45,202 nucleotides of DNA. Source: an uncultured Oscillospiraceae bacterium (GTDB lineage: Bacteria > Bacillota > Clostridia > UMGS1883). A program made the translations under genes and the position numbers. How positions within the stretch are numbered: position 1 is the stretch's first letter; each line of letters begins with the position of its first letter. The stretch is taken from positions 1 to 45,202 of the forward strand of contig CAZRZU010000003.1 in the NCBI GenBank assembly GCA_964604615.1, written 5' to 3'. Positions 33,805 through 42,636 of this stretch are shown here, piece after piece. A model generated the notes under the pieces. That model saw only the letters and a program-made list of their open reading frames with translations. It ran no database searches and had not been told where the DNA came from.

Positions 33805-35346
33805 ATGACACCGTATGCTATTGAACTTAAAAATATAACTAAGCGATTCGGCGAGGTTGTGGCAAACAAAGGTGTATGCCTTAATGTGAAAAAGGGTGAA
33901 ATTTTATCTCTTCTGGGTGAAAACGGAAGCGGTAAAACCACTCTTATGAATATGATTTCGGGCATTTACTATCCCGATGAAGGGCACATTTATGTAGACG
34001 GTGAAGAAGTCAGTATAAAAAGCCCGAAGGATTCTTTTAAATACGGAATCGGTATGATTCACCAGCACTTTAAGCTGGTTGACGTTTTTACTGCGGCTGA
34101 AAACATTATTTTAGGACTTCCCGGTAAGGCTGTAATCAATAAAAAAAGCATAATAAAAGAGCTGGATGCATTGGCGCAGAAATACGGCTTTGACATTGAC
34201 ATGAGCAAAAAAATATACGACATGTCTGTTTCGGAAAAGCAAACTGTTGAAATTATTAAAATGCTTTACAGGGGTGCCAATATTCTTATATTGGACGAGC
34301 CTACTGCTGTTCTTACACCTCAGGAGACAACAAAGCTTTTTGCAGTTCTCCGTAATATGAGGAACGCAGGTAAATCCATAATTATTATTACCCACAAGCT
34401 CAATGAGGTTCTGGAAATTTCGGACAGAGTTTCCGTTCTCAGAAGAGGCGAATACGTAGGTACGGTGAACACGGAAGATGCTACCGAAATGTCTCTTACG
34501 GAAATGATGGTGGGCGAGAAGGTAGACCTGGATATTTCCCGAGAAGAACCTGTTAATACAAAGAAAACTCTGGTTGTTAAAAACCTTACCTGCACAAACG
34601 CAGAGGGTGTTGTAACATTGGACAATGTATCCTTTGAAGCTTACGGTGGTGAAATTTTAGGTATTGCAGGCATTGCGGGTAGCGGACAGAAGGAGCTTCT
34701 GGAGGCGATTGCAGGCTTACAGCAGTGCAACGAAGGAAGCAGCATTACGTTCTATCCCGACGATGAAGTTAATTATCATGAGCTTATCGGTAAAAATGCA
34801 ATGCAAATTAAAGAGCTTGGTGTATCCCTTGCTTTTGTTCCTGAGGACAGACTGGGTATGGGGCTTGTTGGGACAATGGGCATGGTTGAAAATATGATGC
34901 TCAGAAGTTACCGCGAAGGCAAGTCCATATTTACCGACACAAAAGCACCTAAAGAGCTTGCGGAAACTGTTATGCAGGATTTGGGTGTTGTAACCCCCTC
35001 CGTGCAGACTCCTGTAAGCCGTCTTTCGGGCGGTAATGTACAGAAGGTGTTGGTAGGCCGTGAAATAGCCCTTGCACCTAAAGTTTTAATGACAGCTTAT
35101 GCTGTGCGCGGTCTTGACATCAACACCTCTTACGTAATCTACAATCTTCTTGGAGAAGAAAAGAAAAAAGGTGTTGCCGTTATTTATGTTGGTGAGGATC
35201 TTGACGTTCTCTTGGAGCTTTCCGACAGAATTATGGTATTGTGCGGCGGCAAGGTTTCGGGTATTGTGGATGCCCGTACAACTACAAAAGAAGAGGTTGG
35301 TCTTCTTATGACAAAGAACGGACAGGAGGCGACAGAAAATGGCTAA
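33805..35346 (+). CDS. ABC transporter ATP-binding protein with duplicated NBDs (nucleoside/sugar importer type)
   Basis: 513 aa. The first NBD has Walker A GENGSGKTT, signature sequence and Walker B ILILDEPT. The second NBD is degenerate, with LSGGNVQK. Confidence 0.9.
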   Translation: MTPYAIELKNITKRFGEVVANKGVCLNVKKGEILSLLGENGSGKTTLMNMISGIYYPDEGHIYVDGEEVSIKSPKDSFKYGIGMIHQHFKLVDVFTAAENIILGLPGKAVINKKSIIKELDALAQKYGFDIDMSKKIYDMSVSEKQTVEIIKMLYRGANILILDEPTAVLTPQETTKLFAVLRNMRNAGKSIIIITHKLNEVLEISDRVSVLRRGEYVGTVNTEDATEMSLTEMMVGEKVDLDISREEPVNTKKTLVVKNLTCTNAEGVVTLDNVSFEAYGGEILGIAGIAGSGQKELLEAIAGLQQCNEGSSITFYPDDEVNYHELIGKNAMQIKELGVSLAFVPEDRLGMGLVGTMGMVENMMLRSYREGKSIFTDTKAPKELAETVMQDLGVVTPSVQTPVSRLSGGNVQKVLVGREIALAPKVLMTAYAVRGLDINTSYVIYNLLGEEKKKGVAVIYVGEDLDVLLELSDRIMVLCGGKVSGIVDARTTTKEEVGLLMTKNGQEATENG

Positions 35347-36433
35347 GGATAATCACAAGGATCCTTTTGTAAGAATTGCAAAACGTGATTACATGCCTTT
35401 TTGGAAGGCATTGCTCGTCAGAATTATTGCCATTTTAATTTCTCTGGTAGTGTGTGCAGGTGTAATTTACTTTATTGTAAAAATGAATCCGCTGGAAATT
35501 TATAAAACCATGTTCAAAGGTGCCTTTGGCAGCAACAGAAAAGTGTGGTACACAATCCGTGACATCATGATGCTTCTTTGCATAGGCATAGGTCTTGCAC
35601 CTGCCTTTAAAATGAAGTTCTGGAACATAGGCGCGGAAGGTCAGGTGCTTATGGGTGCTGTTGCAACTGCTGCATGTATGATTTATTTTAAAAATCTGCC
35701 CACTCCGCTGCTTTTCTTGCTCATGGCTGTTACCAGTGTGCTTGCAGGCGCTCTTTGGGGATTACTTCCGGCAATTTTCAAGGCAAAGTTTAACACTAAT
35801 GAAACTCTTTTCACTCTTATGATGAACTACATTGCATTGCAGATAACATCCTTCTGCGTTGCTCTTTGGGAAAACCCCTACGGTTCCAATACGGTAGGTC
35901 TCATAAACTCACAGACAAAAACAGGCTGGTTTCCGTCAATTTTCGGTCAGCAGTATATGCTTAATGTAATTATTGTTATGGCACTTGCGGTTATTATGTT
36001 TATATATCTTCGTAACAGTAAGCACGGTTACGAGATTGCTGTTGTGGGTGACAGTGAAAATACTGCACGTTACGCAGGCATAAATGTTAAGAAGGTTATT
36101 GTGAGAACAATGGTTCTGTCAGGTGCAATCTGCGGTCTTTCGGGCTTTATTGCTGTAAGCGGTGTAAGTCACACTATATCCACCTCTACAGCAGGCGGAA
36201 GGGGCTTTACGGCAATTATTGTTGCATGGCTCAGCAAGTTCAATACTTTTGTTATGATTGCTGTTTCAACCCTTATTGTGTTTTTACAGATGGGTGCAAA
36301 GGAAATTGCCTCAAAGCACGGTCTTAATGAATATGCTTCCGATATGATTACAGGTATCATTCTGTTCTTCATTTTGGGCAGCGAATTCTTTATCAGATAC
36401 CGTCTCATATTCAGAGGTAAAAATAAAGCATAA
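35339..36433 (+). CDS. ABC importer permease (BPD_transp_2 type)
   Basis: 364-aa polytopic membrane protein. Overlaps the ATPase gene by 8 nt. Confidence 0.85.
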   Translation: MAKDNHKDPFVRIAKRDYMPFWKALLVRIIAILISLVVCAGVIYFIVKMNPLEIYKTMFKGAFGSNRKVWYTIRDIMMLLCIGIGLAPAFKMKFWNIGAEGQVLMGAVATAACMIYFKNLPTPLLFLLMAVTSVLAGALWGLLPAIFKAKFNTNETLFTLMMNYIALQITSFCVALWENPYGSNTVGLINSQTKTGWFPSIFGQQYMLNVIIVMALAVIMFIYLRNSKHGYEIAVVGDSENTARYAGINVKKVIVRTMVLSGAICGLSGFIAVSGVSHTISTSTAGGRGFTAIIVAWLSKFNTFVMIAVSTLIVFLQMGAKEIASKHGLNEYASDMITGIILFFILGSEFFIRYRLIFRGKNKA

Positions 36434-36454
36434 TCGCAGAAAGGATAGATTAAT

Positions 36455-37444
36455 ATGACAATTAGTTCTTTAGTTTCTCTTATTCAGGCTGCGGTATGCT
36501 TCGGTACAGTAATTATGTTCGGTGCAGTAGGTGAGATTATTGCAGAGAAATCCGGCAGTCTTAACCTTGGTGTTCCCGGCATTATGTACATTGGCGGTAT
36601 TGCAGGTCTGACAGGCTCGTTCTTTTATGAACTCAATGTGGAAGAGCCTAATAAAATTATATGTGTGCTGATTGCCCTTTTGTCGTGTTTGGCGGCATCT
36701 GTTCTGGCAGGGCTTATTTACAGCTTCCTTACAATAACTCTCCGTGCAAACCAAAATGTAACAGGTCTTACCCTTACAATCTTCGGCAGCGGTGTTGCGA
36801 ACTTTTTTGGAGGCAGCTTAAACAAGCTTGCAGGCGGTGTGGGACAGATAAGTGTGTCAAACACAAGCTCGGCATTTGCAGTTACTTTCCCCTTTGGTAA
36901 GACTATGGGCTATATAGGAAAGCTGCTGTTTTCTTACGGTTGGCTTACTTATGTGGCAATAATTATTGTTATACTTTCTCAGTTTTATATTTCCAAAACA
37001 AGAAGCGGTCTTGCTCTCCGTGCCGTTGGTGAAAACCCTGCAACGGCTGACGCGGCGGGTATCCGTGTTACGAGGTATAAATATCTGGCAACATGTATAG
37101 GTGCTGCCATTTCGGGCTTGGGCGGTTTGTACTATGTTATGGACTACACAAAAGGTACATGGGCAAACGACGGTGCAATAGAGTCCTTGGGTTGGCTTGC
37201 TTTAGCTCTTGTAATTTTTGCAACATGGAAACCTAAAAACGCGGTATGGGGCTCATATCTTTTCGGTGTTCTGTATTGGTGTTATTTCTACATTACAGGT
37301 CTTACAAGAAGCAGTCAGGAGCTTTTCAAAATGCTTCCGTACCTTGTAACGCTTGTTGTTCTTATAATTACAAGCATGCGCAAGAAAAAGGAAAACCAGC
37401 CTCCGGCACATCTGGGCTTGCCTTATTTCAGAGAAGAACGATAA
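36455..37444 (+). CDS. ABC importer permease (BPD_transp_2 type), second subunit
   Basis: 329-aa polytopic membrane protein. RBS GAAAGGA lies upstream. Confidence 0.85.
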   Translation: MTISSLVSLIQAAVCFGTVIMFGAVGEIIAEKSGSLNLGVPGIMYIGGIAGLTGSFFYELNVEEPNKIICVLIALLSCLAASVLAGLIYSFLTITLRANQNVTGLTLTIFGSGVANFFGGSLNKLAGGVGQISVSNTSSAFAVTFPFGKTMGYIGKLLFSYGWLTYVAIIIVILSQFYISKTRSGLALRAVGENPATADAAGIRVTRYKYLATCIGAAISGLGGLYYVMDYTKGTWANDGAIESLGWLALALVIFATWKPKNAVWGSYLFGVLYWCYFYITGLTRSSQELFKMLPYLVTLVVLIITSMRKKKENQPPAHLGLPYFREER

Positions 37445-37448
37445 AACG

Positions 37449-37488
37449 GAAAATGCAGTTGTTTTACGGCAGCTGCATTTTTTTATTG
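37449..37488 (+). terminator. Intrinsic terminator of the importer operon
   Basis: AAAATGCAGTTG / CAGCTGCATTTT 12-bp stem (one G-T) followed by TTTTTTT. Confidence 0.8.
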
Positions 37489-37514
37489 CTTTTTGTTTAA
37501 GAAAATGGTAAAAT
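37486..37514 (+). promoter_or_regulatory. Sigma-A promoter driving the structured leader
   Basis: TTGCTT (37486-37491), 17-nt spacer, TGgTAAAAT (37506-37514). Confidence 0.5.
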
Positions 37515-37519
37515 ATTTT

Positions 37520-37678
37520 TGCGACTCAATTGAATAAAAATCAACATCAGTGTGTATTTTACCAATGGTAAAAATGCATGCTCTATTTTGCATACTGTTG
37601 TTGGTTGTAAAATTCAGTTGAGTCGCGTCAGCAGGGCTATGCATTTTTCGTGCGTAGCGAAAGCTGCGCACTTTTTTG
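37520..37678 (+). promoter_or_regulatory. Candidate cis-regulatory leader RNA (nested three-helix hairpin + terminator), class not recognised
   Basis: P1 GCGACTCAATTGAAT (37521-37535) / ATTCAGTTGAGTCGC (37612-37626). P2 CAACATCAGT (37542-37551) / ACTGTTGTTG (37594-37603). P3 TTTTACC (37557-37563) / GGTAAAA (37567-37573). Terminator GTGCGTAGC (37650-37658) / GCTGCGCAC (37663-37671) plus TTTTTT. An alternative pairing exists between AAAAATGCAT (37570-37579) and ATGCATTTTT (37639-37648). Confidence 0.45.
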
Positions 37679-37693
37679 TTTAAGGAGGAAAAA

Positions 37694-37861
37694 ATGAATA
37701 TCAACAAATTTATACATACTGCTGCAATAGTTATTATTACAATAGGAACTTGGGAAATGTTGGATTGTTTTATGGATAACTTTAATGTGCATAATTTTCT
37801 GTTTTATCTTGTGGTTGCCTTTAGCGGTGTTATAGCCTTGTTTGTTAAAATTGATAAATAA
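37694..37861 (+). CDS. 55-aa hydrophobic small protein (two predicted TM segments)
   Basis: Strong RBS AAGGAGG (37682-37688) lies 5 nt before ATG 37694. The gene starts immediately after the leader terminator and has its own terminator downstream. Confidence 0.45.
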   Translation: MNINKFIHTAAIVIITIGTWEMLDCFMDNFNVHNFLFYLVVAFSGVIALFVKIDK

Positions 37862-37891
37862 AAAATTGGCTTAATAAAGCCGATTTTTTTG
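37862..37891 (+). terminator. Intrinsic terminator after the small ORF
   Basis: AATTGGCTT / AAGCCGATT stem (one G-T) followed by TTTTTTT. Confidence 0.65.
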
Positions 37892-37904
37892 TTTTAATTT
37901 ATGG

Positions 37905-37933
37905 TTGACATTGGAATTGTTTAGTACTAAAAT
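37905..37933 (+). promoter_or_regulatory. Sigma-A promoter of the ABC exporter pair
   Basis: TTGACA (37905-37910), 17-nt spacer, TAAAAT (37928-37933). Confidence 0.6.
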
Positions 37934-37953
37934 AGCCTTTGGAGATGATTTGT

Positions 37954-39696
37954 ATGAAAACAAGCAAATGGTTATTCAAATATATAAAGCCTTATGTTTT
38001 CGGAATGGCTTTTGCGTTTTTACTCACTGTTATAAATACTGTTTTGAGCAACGTAAGACCGTACATTCAAGGCAGAATAGTTGACGAAGTTTTTACAGGT
38101 ATGGACGCATCTCGTCTTACAACATTGGTTCTTGCAATGCTTGTGTCAATTCTGCTTAAGGATATTTTCAGAATTATTGACCATTACATACTTGAAGGCA
38201 CAAGTCAGAAAATTGTAAAGAATATGCGTATAGAGTTGTACAACTCCTTACAAAAGCAGGACTTTAAGTTTTTTGACTCAAACCGTACAGGGGACATTAT
38301 GAACCGTTTGTCCGGTGATATTGACTCTATCCGCCACTTTGTTGCGTGGGTGTTGAACGGTATGATTGAAAACCTCTTTCTGTTCATTACTGCCCTTATT
38401 ATTTTAGGGTCAATCAATTTGCAGCTTACGCTTATCCTTTGCATTGTAACGCCGCTTATTGCTTTAACAGGCATATCCTTTTCAAAAAAGGTTGGTCCCG
38501 CATTCCGTAATGCCCGTGCATGCCTCTCTCAGCTTAATACAGTTGCACAGGAGAACATTTCCGGAAACCGTATTGTTAAGGCTATGGTAAGGGAAAAGTA
38601 CGAGCTGGAAAAGTTTGATAAGGCAAACACAGACTATAAAAATGCAAACATCAATTCCAACCGCATATCACAGAAGTATGTTCCCACACTCAATTTTCTT
38701 GCAAACACTTTAAATGTGCTTGTACTTATCGTTGGCGGCTGGATGGTTATTGCCGATAAAATGACAGTGGGCGATTATGTAACCTTTAACTCCATGAGCT
38801 GGGCGCTTAATTCCCCTATGCGCTCATTGGGCTGGCTCATAAACGACACAAGCAACATGTTGGCAAGTGCCGAAAAAGTAAAGGAATTTTACCTTGCTGA
38901 ACCTGAAATTTACGGTAACAAAGAAGACGAAGACCGTAACAAAAGGCTTGAGGGTAATGTCGAATTCAGAAACGTATCCTTCTCATATGACGGTTCGCCT
39001 GCTTTGGAAAACATCAGCTTTACGGCAAAGCGTGGTCAGACTGTGGCAATTATAGGAGAAACAGGCTCTGGTAAATCCACAATTGCAAATCTCATGTTCC
39101 GTTTTTACGATGCTACAGAAGGTGAAGTTCTGCTGGACGGAATGAATGTAAAGGACATGAGCTTAAAGCACGTGAGAAAGAGCATGGCAATTGCAATGCA
39201 GGACATTTTCCTTTTTTCGGACACTATCGAAGGCAACATAGCCTACGGTAACCCCGAGGCAAGCTTTGAGGAAGTGAGGAGTGCCGCAATTAAGGCTGAC
39301 GCAAACGAATTTATTGAAAAAATGCCCGAGGGCTATGACACCATTATCGGCGAGCGAGGCGTGGGACTTTCAGGCGGTCAGAAACAGCGTATTTCCCTTG
39401 CAAGAGCACTTCTGAAAGACCCCTCCATACTTATTCTTGACGATACAACCAGCGCTGTTGATATGGAAACAGAAAAGTATATACAGGAAATGCTGGGTAA
39501 AGAGTCGGGCAACAGAACCATGTTCATAATTGCTCACCGTATCAGCTCCGTTAAAAATGCCGATTTAATTCTCGTTATGGAAAAAGGCAGAATTATTGAA
39601 CGAGGCACCCATGATGAGCTTGTGGCATTAGGCGGAAAATATAAAGAGGTATGCGACACCCAGTACGGTAATTTTAACGTAAAGGAGGGAGCATAA
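37954..39696 (+). CDS. ABC exporter half-transporter (TMD-NBD, ABCB/MDR type), subunit 1
   Basis: Six-TM domain followed by an NBD with Walker A GETGSGKST, signature LSGGQKQR and Walker B ILILDDTTS. ATG 37954 has GGAG 9 nt upstream. Confidence 0.9.
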   Translation: MKTSKWLFKYIKPYVFGMAFAFLLTVINTVLSNVRPYIQGRIVDEVFTGMDASRLTTLVLAMLVSILLKDIFRIIDHYILEGTSQKIVKNMRIELYNSLQKQDFKFFDSNRTGDIMNRLSGDIDSIRHFVAWVLNGMIENLFLFITALIILGSINLQLTLILCIVTPLIALTGISFSKKVGPAFRNARACLSQLNTVAQENISGNRIVKAMVREKYELEKFDKANTDYKNANINSNRISQKYVPTLNFLANTLNVLVLIVGGWMVIADKMTVGDYVTFNSMSWALNSPMRSLGWLINDTSNMLASAEKVKEFYLAEPEIYGNKEDEDRNKRLEGNVEFRNVSFSYDGSPALENISFTAKRGQTVAIIGETGSGKSTIANLMFRFYDATEGEVLLDGMNVKDMSLKHVRKSMAIAMQDIFLFSDTIEGNIAYGNPEASFEEVRSAAIKADANEFIEKMPEGYDTIIGERGVGLSGGQKQRISLARALLKDPSILILDDTTSAVDMETEKYIQEMLGKESGNRTMFIIAHRISSVKNADLILVMEKGRIIERGTHDELVALGGKYKEVCDTQYGNFNVKEGA

Positions 39697-41471
39697 TGGC
39701 ACGAAATAAATTTGACGTAGATGAAAAACTGGAAAGCCGATTTAAGTTTGATTATTTGAAGAGATTGGCTCTTTATTTGCTCCCTGTTAAAAATTTGATG
39801 TTTATAACCCTTGCGTTTGTGGTTCTTACAAGTATACTCAACATGCTTGCTCCCATGATAACAAGGCATGCAATGGACGTAAGCCTTCCCAACAAGGACT
39901 TTTCAACGGTAATTATGCTGGGATTAGGTCTTCTTTGCATTTACATATTCAATGCAGTAATTGAACGGTTTCGCCTCCGCGCAATGAATATAGCGGGGCA
40001 GAGCCTTGTTGCAGACTTAAGGCGCGACGTGTTTAAAAAGTTGCAGGAATTACCCTTTGACTTTTTCGATTCACGTCCCCACGGCAAAATTCTTGTAAGG
40101 GTAATCAATTACGTTAACTCAATTTCAAACTTAATGACGGGCGGGCTTATTAACCTTATTACAGACTCGTTCACAATTGTTGTAACAATGATTATGATGT
40201 TAACCCTTTCTGTAAAGCTTTCGCTTATTATGCTCTTGGGTGTTGTGTTCTTCACTGCAATTATTTTTATGATGAAAAACAAGCAGAGAAGAGTGTGGCA
40301 GAACTATTCCGCAAAGCAGAGCAACCTGAACGCATACATACATGAAAGTATAACGGGAATTAAAGTTACTCAGTCATTTAACCGCGAAAGAAAGAACAGC
40401 GAAATTTTCACCGAGCAATGCGAAAACGTGCGCACAAGCTTTATGAAAGCTAAAATTATTGATATATGCAACTGGCCCATGGTTGAAACAATTTCAACCC
40501 TTACAACATGTGCGGTGTTCCTTGTGGGCGGCCATGACCTTATTAACGGCGGAAGCATAACCGCAGGTACGGTTATAGCCTTTGTTGGGTATGTATCGCT
40601 TTTCTGGACCCCTGTGCTCAACATATGCAACTACTACAACCAGCTTGTCAATGCGGCTGCATACCTTGAGCGAATATATGAAGTGCTGGATACTCCCGTT
40701 CTTGTTCACGACCTGCCCGATGCGGTTGATGTGGACCACGTGGAGGGCGAGGTTGAGTTTAAAAATGTTGACTTTTCCTATGAAGAGGGCATCAAGATAC
40801 TTGATAACATGTCGTTCAAGGTGAAGAAAGGGGAGACCATTGCAATTGTGGGCCCCACAGGTGCGGGTAAAACCACAATAATAAATCTTCTCACACGTTT
40901 TTATGACATTCAAAACGGAGAAATTTTAATTGACGGAAAAAACATAAGAAGGTTTACTCTTTCCTCTCTTCGCAGAAACGTAGGTGTAATGCTGCAGGAT
41001 ACTTTCATTTTTTCGGGCAGTGTATATGACAATATTCGTTACGGTAAGCTTGACGCAACCGAGGAAGAAATTGAACGTGCTGCAAAGGCTGTTTGCGCCC
41101 ATGATTTTATAACAGAGCTGGAAAACGGATATGAAACAGAGGTAAACGAGAGGGGCAGTCGCCTTTCGACAGGGCAAAGACAGCTTATCAGCTTTGCAAG
41201 AGTGCTTCTGTCCAATCCTAAGATACTTATTCTGGATGAAGCCACCTCAAGCATCGATACAAAAACCGAAAAGGCTTTGCAGGAGGGTATTAACCGTCTG
41301 CTTGAGAACAGAACGGGCTTTGTTATTGCACACCGATTGTCCACCATCAGAAATGCCGACAGAATTATGTATATTGACAAGGGACAAATTAAAGAATGTG
41401 GCACCCATGACGAGCTCATGGAAAAGAAAGGTCTGTACTATAAACTTTATACAAGTCAGTATATGGAATGA
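39696..41471 (+). CDS. ABC exporter half-transporter (TMD-NBD, ABCB/MDR type), subunit 2
   Basis: Walker A GPTGAGKTT, signature LSTGQRQL and Walker B ILILDEATS. TAATG overlap with subunit 1, consistent with a heterodimeric exporter. Confidence 0.9.
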   Translation: MARNKFDVDEKLESRFKFDYLKRLALYLLPVKNLMFITLAFVVLTSILNMLAPMITRHAMDVSLPNKDFSTVIMLGLGLLCIYIFNAVIERFRLRAMNIAGQSLVADLRRDVFKKLQELPFDFFDSRPHGKILVRVINYVNSISNLMTGGLINLITDSFTIVVTMIMMLTLSVKLSLIMLLGVVFFTAIIFMMKNKQRRVWQNYSAKQSNLNAYIHESITGIKVTQSFNRERKNSEIFTEQCENVRTSFMKAKIIDICNWPMVETISTLTTCAVFLVGGHDLINGGSITAGTVIAFVGYVSLFWTPVLNICNYYNQLVNAAAYLERIYEVLDTPVLVHDLPDAVDVDHVEGEVEFKNVDFSYEEGIKILDNMSFKVKKGETIAIVGPTGAGKTTIINLLTRFYDIQNGEILIDGKNIRRFTLSSLRRNVGVMLQDTFIFSGSVYDNIRYGKLDATEEEIERAAKAVCAHDFITELENGYETEVNERGSRLSTGQRQLISFARVLLSNPKILILDEATSSIDTKTEKALQEGINRLLENRTGFVIAHRLSTIRNADRIMYIDKGQIKECGTHDELMEKKGLYYKLYTSQYME

Positions 41472-41483
41472 TGAAAAATTCCC

Positions 41484-41882
41484 AAAGGGACGGCAGAAAG
41501 GCCGTCCCTTTCAGCATGTCGATAAACTTATTTTTAACCACAATCGCGAAAGGTTCGGAAAAGAAGGTTTTCCGAATAAAATAGGCGGGGTTAATAGCAT
41601 TCACCCCACCGAAAGTGCCGATTTTAGGGGGTCGACCGATTAATTGTCATCTACCGTTGGGGACAGTCCCCCTTTGGTAAATCGGGAGACGATTTACCAA
41701 AGAAGACTTGCGAGCCTTTGTTGGGACGGTCCCCTCCGGTCGATTCCTTGCACGAGAAATCGGTACTTTGTTCCACAGAAAAACATTGACAAAAAATATT
41801 GCCCCCGGCAAGATTTTTTGGCGCGTGTCGATTTTTCGACATGCTGAGGGACGGCTGAAAGGCTGTCCCTTTGTCTTTTTGA
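41484..41882 (+). repeat. Hairpin-bounded, internally self-complementary noncoding element (candidate structured ncRNA or MITE-like repeat)
   Basis: End hairpins lie at 41484-41511 and 41847-41870. Perfect 11-nt inverted segments CAGCATGTCGA (41512-41522) / TCGACATGCTG (41836-41846) sit just inside them. Several nested complementary pairs and perfect local hairpins lie between (details in findings). A partial homologous copy is at 1-88. Confidence 0.7.
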
Positions 41883-41944
41883 TTTAACGGGGGTTTGCGG
41901 GCGGATTTCATTTGTTAAAAAAGTTTAAATAAGAGCTTAAATTA

Positions 41945-41973
41945 TTGACTAAAAGCCAAAAAAGTTATAAAAT
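41945..41973 (+). promoter_or_regulatory. Sigma-A promoter of the atp operon
   Basis: TTGACT (41945-41950), 17-nt spacer, TAAAAT (41968-41973). Confidence 0.55.
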
Positions 41974-42008
41974 AGTCAAAATGGTAATTGTATAAACGGA
42001 GAGATATT

Positions 42009-42260
42009 ATGGACAATAAATATAAGCATATGAGAGCGGCGGCGCATCTTACACAATTTGGTCTCAGTATGGTTTCGCCCATTATTTTATGTTTAATATT
42101 TGCTCTTTGGTTAAAAAATACATTTAACATAGGTTCATGGGTTATACTTGTTGCCATACTTCTGGGCGCAGCAGCTTCCTGCATGACCATGTTTAAATTT
42201 ATGAACACCGTTAAAAAGGAAATGGAGGATAGGGACAATGACGAAAAACGTGAAAACTGA
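42009..42260 (+). CDS. atpZ: AtpZ/AtpR-like small membrane protein of the F-ATPase operon
   Basis: About 83 aa with two TM helices (FGLSMVSPIILCLIFALWL..., WVILVAILLGAAAS). It is the first gene of the atp operon. ATG 42009 follows ACGGAGAG. Confidence 0.65.
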   Translation: MDNKYKHMRAAAHLTQFGLSMVSPIILCLIFALWLKNTFNIGSWVILVAILLGAAASCMTMFKFMNTVKKEMEDRDNDEKREN

Positions 42261-42636
42261 TGTAAAAAGAGTTGCAATCGGTAATTTTATTCTGGGAGCT
42301 GTCATGGTTCTTATTTTTGCTTTAGTGGGGTATTTTTCCATTGAGGTTGTATGGGGAGCATTGCTGGGCTGTGCTTATGTTTCCCTAAGCTTTTTATGGC
42401 TTGCAATTTCTGTTTCTAAAAATATTGAAAAAGACCCTAAAAATGCACAGCAAAGGGTGTCGGCAACATATACCTTCCGTCTTATTTGTGCGGCGGCGGT
42501 AATTATTCTTGCAATAAAGGCGCCTGTGTTCAATGCTGTAGCGGCAATTATTCCGCTTTTTTATCAGAGATTTGTGGTCATGTTTGTAGGCAAGATGCGT
42601 ACAAACGCGGACAATAAAGAGGTGGTTAGCCAATGA
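42238..42636 (+). CDS. atpI: ATP synthase protein I
   Basis: 132-aa protein with four TM helices, directly upstream of and overlapping atpB (ATGA). Confidence 0.7.
   Translation: MTKNVKTDVKRVAIGNFILGAVMVLIFALVGYFSIEVVWGALLGCAYVSLSFLWLAISVSKNIEKDPKNAQQRVSATYTFRLICAAAVIILAIKAPVFNAVAAIIPLFYQRFVVMFVGKMRTNADNKEVVSQ

Noticed and set aside
37521-37626. Relatedness between the 37521-37626 hairpin and the 1-88 / 41484-41882 element family, based on a shared GAGTCGCG 8-mer.
   Set aside because: Only an 8-nt match is shared, and roughly one such match is expected by chance in 90 kb of two-strand sequence. The flanking sequence does not align.
37483-37707. 74-aa minus-strand ORF across the structured leader.
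   Set aside because: It has no RBS and spans a terminator and a promoter of the opposite strand. The + strand RNA structure accounts for the region.
41484-41872. Possibility that the repeated GGGAC...GTCCC hairpins form a CRISPR array.
   Set aside because: The repeats are not regularly spaced or uniform in length. They are nested inverted pairs rather than direct repeat-spacer units, and no cas genes are nearby.
41194-41911. ORFs 41194-41643 (+), 41644-41847 (+) and 41651-41911 (-) across the exporter 3' end and the hairpin-rich element.
   Set aside because: They have no RBS. The first is out of frame inside the exporter gene. The remainder translate palindromic repeats (GTVP/GDSPP-type peptides). 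The nucleotide-level self-complementarity explains the region better than coding does.
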